From positions 1-64,000 of the forward strand of contig JAJRWI010000042.1 in the NCBI GenBank assembly GCA_024276825.1: DNA of 64,000 nucleotides, written 5' to 3'. Below the pieces are notes generated by a model. The model was given only the letters and a program-made list of their open reading frames with translations, ran no database searches and had not been told where the DNA came from. This DNA is from an archaeon (GTDB lineage Archaea; Asgardarchaeota; Thorarchaeia; Thorarchaeales; Thorarchaeaceae). This document shows, piece after piece, positions 59,880 through 64,000 of the stretch (position 1 is its first letter; each line of letters starts with the position of its first letter). The translations under genes were made by a program, and so were the position numbers.

Positions 59880-61367
59880 TCACCTTGCAAGATATTCTTC
59901 TGCGGCCTTTAGGGTTGCAGGATCGATTTTTCTGACTGCTTGTGTCGAAGCGATAAACTCTGACAGGACCGAGTTCATCTTCATGACCTCATTGGCAAGA
60001 TAGGTTCTTCCACCGGCAATTGAAGCAATGAGATAGGAAGAGAATGACTCACGAAACTTTGGAACAGAGAGTATTGTTTCTACAACTGATGAGAAACCAT
60101 CCTTTTTCATTCTTAGAAATGTTGCAAGCTCTAGCGCATCATGGTAGGGCCTCTTGAGAAGCTTTACCCAATGAATCTGTCCAGTGTTTACATTTATCGT
60201 CACTAGTCTTATTCCATTCTTCTTAACAAGACGAGCAGCTTTGACAAGGTCTCGCACGGGTGTGAATTGAGCATGGCCTGGACCCACAGACTGAGCAAGA
60301 GGTATGTTTGGTGCAAAGTCGGAAACCATAATTAACAAGGGTTCAATATTCTTGTTTCTCATCCTCTCACGACGAACAGTTTCTATTGCCTTCATAATGC
60401 CCTCTGCAAGAGGTGTGAGACCAGAAATCCGCAGTCGAGCCAAACCCCTATAGAGCTTGTTCCAGTTAGTCGTTGGAGTCTGAACTTCAATCGCACCACT
60501 GTCCTTGAATGCAATAATCCCTACACGATCCTTTGTTCCACGGGTTTCGTGCTCGATGCGGCCAATTATCTTTCGGACCTCTTTCATATAGCCCTTCATT
60601 GACAAGCTGACATCTATTATCAGAATGATTGTGAGCGGTGTCTTTCCTGCAAACACTTTCTCACGTATATCGCTTGGCTTAATCTGAATCCTGCTACCGG
60701 GAACAAACTTTCCAGATCTTGCCACTGCCGCCATAACAGTTGCGTGAACATCAATACTTGAGGCCTCGCCAGTCGGTTGACGAGATCTGAATGGCCGCCC
60801 ATGTGTACTATCGGTTGATACCATTGAACCTAGGGATCTCGAACTTGTGCTTCTGTCGATCCAGCCGCCAGATGAAACTCGAGACTTGACCATTGCTCGA
60901 ACCCGCAGCTCATCTAAGTCGAATAGTTCCTCACCAGAATCGAGGTCAGGAAGCTTTACAAAGAATCCAGAGTCGATAGTCAGAGGATCACGAATGTCAG
61001 ACTTGGAGCCATAGAGCTTAGACTCGGGCTTGGACTCGTATCTTCGAGTAGCAGTGCCCCATTCGTCCCCAGGCTCTGGTTTAGCACGGCCAGAATCCAC
61101 AGTATCGATACCGGCAGCGGGTCCAGAAACCCGTTTCATCATTATGCGAAGCCAGTACTTGATGAGTTTATAGATAAATGGAATATATACTATCGTATTG
61201 ATTATTAGAATTGGCAATGGAGGCAAAATTCCTATAGAAGCACCAAGCAACACATTGAGGGGAGAGAAGAATATCCATGAGATATATGTAAATGCCACAA
61301 TCAACATGATTGAGATTATTGTCCCTTTTATGGGATTGCCACGGGGCTTTCTGACATTACTTACCTT
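59880..61367 (-). CDS. ChlD-like C-terminal part: transmembrane hairpin + vWA domain, probably reached by -1 frameshift from the upstream ATPase
   Basis: IDVHATV...IREKV linker, [22 protein letters not shown]. Frame open from 61373; first ATG at 61307 has no clear SD. Confidence 0.8.
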   Translation of the reverse strand, partial: KVSNVRKPRGNPIKGTIISIMLIVAFTYISWIFFSPLNVLLGASIGILPPLPILIINTIVYIPFIYKLIKYWLRIMMKRVSGPAAGIDTVDSGRAKPEPGDEWGTATRRYESKPESKLYGSKSDIRDPLTIDSGFFVKLPDLDSGEELFDLDELRVRAMVKSRVSSGGWIDRSTSSRSLGSMVSTDSTHGRPFRSRQPTGEASSIDVHATVMAAVARSGKFVPGSRIQIKPSDIREKVFAGKTPLTIILIIDVSLSMKGYMKEVRKIIGRIEHETRGTKDRVGIIAFKDSGAIEVQTPTTNWNKLYRGLARLRISGLTPLAEGIMKAIETVRRERMRNKNIEPLLIMVSDFAPNIPLAQSVGPGHAQFTPVRDLVKAARLVKKNGIRLVTINVNTGQIHWVKLLKRPYHDALELATFLRMKKDGFSSVVETILSVPKFRESFSSYLIASIAGGRTYLANEVMKMNSVLSEFIASTQAVRKIDPATLKAAEEYLAR

Positions 61368-62575
61368 TTTTTTTTACCCTTCTGATCTCCCCACTGGGCA
61401 AAAGTGTCCTGTCGACCAAACGAACCACCACTATAACGAGTCCCACTGCCCGCCTCTTCAGATTCGTCATCCTTGTCTTTCGGAACCTCTGTGGGCGACT
61501 TTCGCTTGGTCTTCTTCTTCGAGAGTTCAGCAGCCTTCACAATAGCTGTCTCAATCTCACTGGGGGCAGGAGGTTCCAATAGTCCACCACGTCGTGTTCG
61601 ATGACTGAGAGTCAACTGGGCGGCCAGCTTCATGTCCTCCAGAGAGACCTCAGTCCTGCCCTCAAAAGCAGCCATTGTGATTGAGGTCTTGCTGATTATT
61701 ATATCGGGCCTTACGCCATCCACCTCAAGAGCATCACATGCCATAGCAATCGCATGCAACTTGTCTTCTGGAAGCATCACATTGGGCAATATCTCACGAG
61801 CTTTGACTATTCTGTTCCGAAGATGTTCCTGTTCTTCAGCCCATTTCTCCCTGAACTCTAGTGGGTTCTGTTCAAAGTTCAAGTTGCGTCTGACAAGTTC
61901 CATCCTATCCTCAATCGTGAGGTTTCTGCCAACAGCGACATGAAGTGGAAACCTATCCAGCAATTGTGGTCTGAGCTCCCCCTCTTCAGGATTCATTGTA
62001 CCAATCAGAATGAAGTCGGAGGGATGCGAAATTGAGATACCCTCACGTTCGATAACATTGAACTTTGTAGCAGCAGCATCCAGAAGGTCATCAACCAAGT
62101 GATCGGGTAAAAGGTTCACCTCATCCACATATAGAACATTCTGATGGGCCTCAGCCAGAATGCCAGGCTTTAAGGCTTGAATACCTTCTTGCAAGACACG
62201 TTCAATATCAATCGACCCAATGAGCCGGTCCTCAGTTGTCGACAGGGGAAGATTAACAACACGCATCTTCCTTCTGACAACTTTCAGTTCCTCACCCGCA
62301 TGCTTGCGTCTCTTGCAGTCCTCACACATCATCTCTTCATGATAGGGATTGCATCCAAACTTGCACCCCTCGACAACATCGACCTCAGGAAGCAGATCAG
62401 CAAGGGCACGCACTACGGTTGTCTTTCCAGTCCCTTTGGGTCCGGATATCAGCACGCCACCAATTCGGGGATTTATCCCATTCAGAATCAGGGCAAGTTT
62501 GAGCCGTTCAAGGTCAACCACAGCACTAAAGGGCAAGACAACACGTGACGCTTCAGTCAAGTTCATTCGTCCCAT
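61361..62575 (-). CDS. ChlI/BchI-like chelatase AAA+ ATPase
   Basis: [49 protein letters not shown]. Confidence 0.93.
   Translation of the reverse strand: MGRMNLTEASRVVLPFSAVVDLERLKLALILNGINPRIGGVLISGPKGTGKTTVVRALADLLPEVDVVEGCKFGCNPYHEEMMCEDCKRRKHAGEELKVVRRKMRVVNLPLSTTEDRLIGSIDIERVLQEGIQALKPGILAEAHQNVLYVDEVNLLPDHLVDDLLDAAATKFNVIEREGISISHPSDFILIGTMNPEEGELRPQLLDRFPLHVAVGRNLTIEDRMELVRRNLNFEQNPLEFREKWAEEQEHLRNRIVKAREILPNVMLPEDKLHAIAMACDALEVDGVRPDIIISKTSITMAAFEGRTEVSLEDMKLAAQLTLSHRTRRGGLLEPPAPSEIETAIVKAAELSKKKTKRKSPTEVPKDKDDESEEAGSGTRYSGGSFGRQDTFAQWGDQKGKKKR
61364..61375 (-). other. Candidate programmed -1 frameshift (slippery A10 run)
   Basis: GGT AAA AAA AAA AGG TAA. The -1 frame has TAA at 61376-61374 and is then open into the vWA ORF. 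Confidence 0.75.
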
Positions 62576-62716
62576 CGCAATTATTGACTAAATTACACAT
62601 AATTTCACAAATAAACATGAGGTTCTTCGCGATTATTATATAAACAATTAAACAAAACGGCTTATTATGAATAATACATAAGGGAGTGATGCATCTAATA
62701 CTATGGAGATAATCAA

Positions 62717-63883
62717 ATGCTCTCGTATCTCACTCATATTGAATGCCCACGCTGCAGCAGAAAATTCACCCATAATCAAAAAGTGTCAGTGTGCCTGTGT
62801 GGTTCGCCGCTATTGGCCCGATATGACCTGAATAGTGTAAGAGAGGTTGTGGACGCGGGCGAGTTTCCATCAAATGTGAACTCAATGTGGAGATATTCGC
62901 AATTGCTCCCTGTCAAGTCGCCTTCATACGTGTTTAGTTTGGGAGAAGGATGGACACCATTAATAATGGCCAGAAGGTTGGGAAAGCATTTGGGACTAAA
63001 GCTCTTACGGATAAAGGATGAGGGAAGAAATCCCACACTATCATTCAAAGATCGCGGTCTTTGCGTTGCAGTTTCGAAACATGTAGAGAGCGGCTCAACA
63101 TCATTCGCCATTCCTTCTGCTGGCAATGCTGCAGTTTCGATGAGCGCTTACTGTGCAACAGCTGGGACTGATGTACATGTGTTCATGCCTGCTGACACCC
63201 CGCTAGGCTTTATCGAGGGTTGTAAGTTCTATGGTGCAAACATCACCCTCGTCGAAGGAAACATTGCTGATGCTGCAAGAATGATGAAAGCACAAAATGG
63301 ATCGTGGACTGATCTCAGTACAACCAAGGAGCCCTACAGAGTTGAGGGAAAAAAGACAATGGCCTTTGAGATTGCTGAGCAGTTGAATTGGAAGGTTCCT
63401 GATGTTATTATATGCCCAACTGGGGGAGGCACATCAATAATCGGCCTTTGGAAGGGCTTTAATGAGCTGGAAGCGATTGGTCTGATTGATGATAAGAAAC
63501 CAAGACTGTATGCTGCACAGTCCGAAGGATGCGCACCTGTAGTGAGAGCATACGAGAAAGACACAGATACAATCGAGCCGTGGCTAAATGGCCAAACAAG
63601 AGCATATGGCCTTAGAGTTCCGAGACCCTTTGCCGACCGTCTTATTATGATTGCAATGAGAAAATCGCACGGGGGAGCTGTGGGTGTTGCAGAGAGTGAG
63701 ATTGACTCATGCAGGCTACTTGCTGCGAGAATGGAAGGCATTGATCTCTGCCCAGAGGGTGCCGTGGGACTAGGAGGATTACGGAATCTAATTGAATCGG
63801 GTCAGATTGATTATAATGAGGATGTGCTCTTGCTCAATACAGGGTCAAGCTGCAGATATGGATTTCCATTAGTTGATGCGTAA
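62717..63883 (+). CDS. thrC: Threonine synthase
   Basis: SLGEGWTPL, KDEGRNPTLSFKDRG, PSAGNA, RVEGKKT, PTGGG, LNTG. Confidence 0.85.
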   Translation: MLSYLTHIECPRCSRKFTHNQKVSVCLCGSPLLARYDLNSVREVVDAGEFPSNVNSMWRYSQLLPVKSPSYVFSLGEGWTPLIMARRLGKHLGLKLLRIKDEGRNPTLSFKDRGLCVAVSKHVESGSTSFAIPSAGNAAVSMSAYCATAGTDVHVFMPADTPLGFIEGCKFYGANITLVEGNIADAARMMKAQNGSWTDLSTTKEPYRVEGKKTMAFEIAEQLNWKVPDVIICPTGGGTSIIGLWKGFNELEAIGLIDDKKPRLYAAQSEGCAPVVRAYEKDTDTIEPWLNGQTRAYGLRVPRPFADRLIMIAMRKSHGGAVGVAESEIDSCRLLAARMEGIDLCPEGAVGLGGLRNLIESGQIDYNEDVLLLNTGSSCRYGFPLVDA

Positions 63884-64000
63884 TCACAATGCCCGAATTG
63901 ACCCAATCCAGATTACAAATTGTAATTCTTTAAAACAATTAGTGATTGAATTACAATATGGAATAACAGAGGGGTTTATTATTTTAGCTTGTAATTATTT

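Overview
Gene-dense archaeal chromosomal window, most likely from an Asgard archaeon (Thorarchaeota-like). This is inferred from an HMf-type histone, eS25, a longin-small GTPase fusion, a giant DUF2341/LamG surface protein and frequent TTG/GTG starts with GGAGG/GGTGA Shine-Dalgarno sites. It is mostly housekeeping and metabolism: thiI, hydantoinase A/B, gltX, glmU-like, alaX, larB, M20 peptidase, cutA, AOR plus ferredoxin, ilvE, gdhA, dcd, prs-like, udp, wecB, surE, HypE/AIR synthase-like and thrC. I found no rRNA, tRNA, CRISPR array or intact transposase. Most notable: (1) two tandem DapA-family aldolase::Fae (formaldehyde-activating enzyme) fusions with complementary loss of catalytic features, a candidate formaldehyde-pyruvate aldol system; (2) a chlI/chlD-like gene split at an A10 run by a -1 frameshift, whose long product would gain a transmembrane hairpin and a vWA domain; (3) an NPRL2/DENN-like longin-wHTH gene translationally coupled to a longin-GTPase; (4) three genes missed by the ORF track: a >1851-aa surface protein, a 56-aa alpha3-truncated histone, and a CTG-start 71-aa ORF whose 3' UTR is perfectly complementary to its first codons; (5) an AT-rich three-gene HEPN module. 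All family assignments come from motifs recognised by eye; no database search was run.
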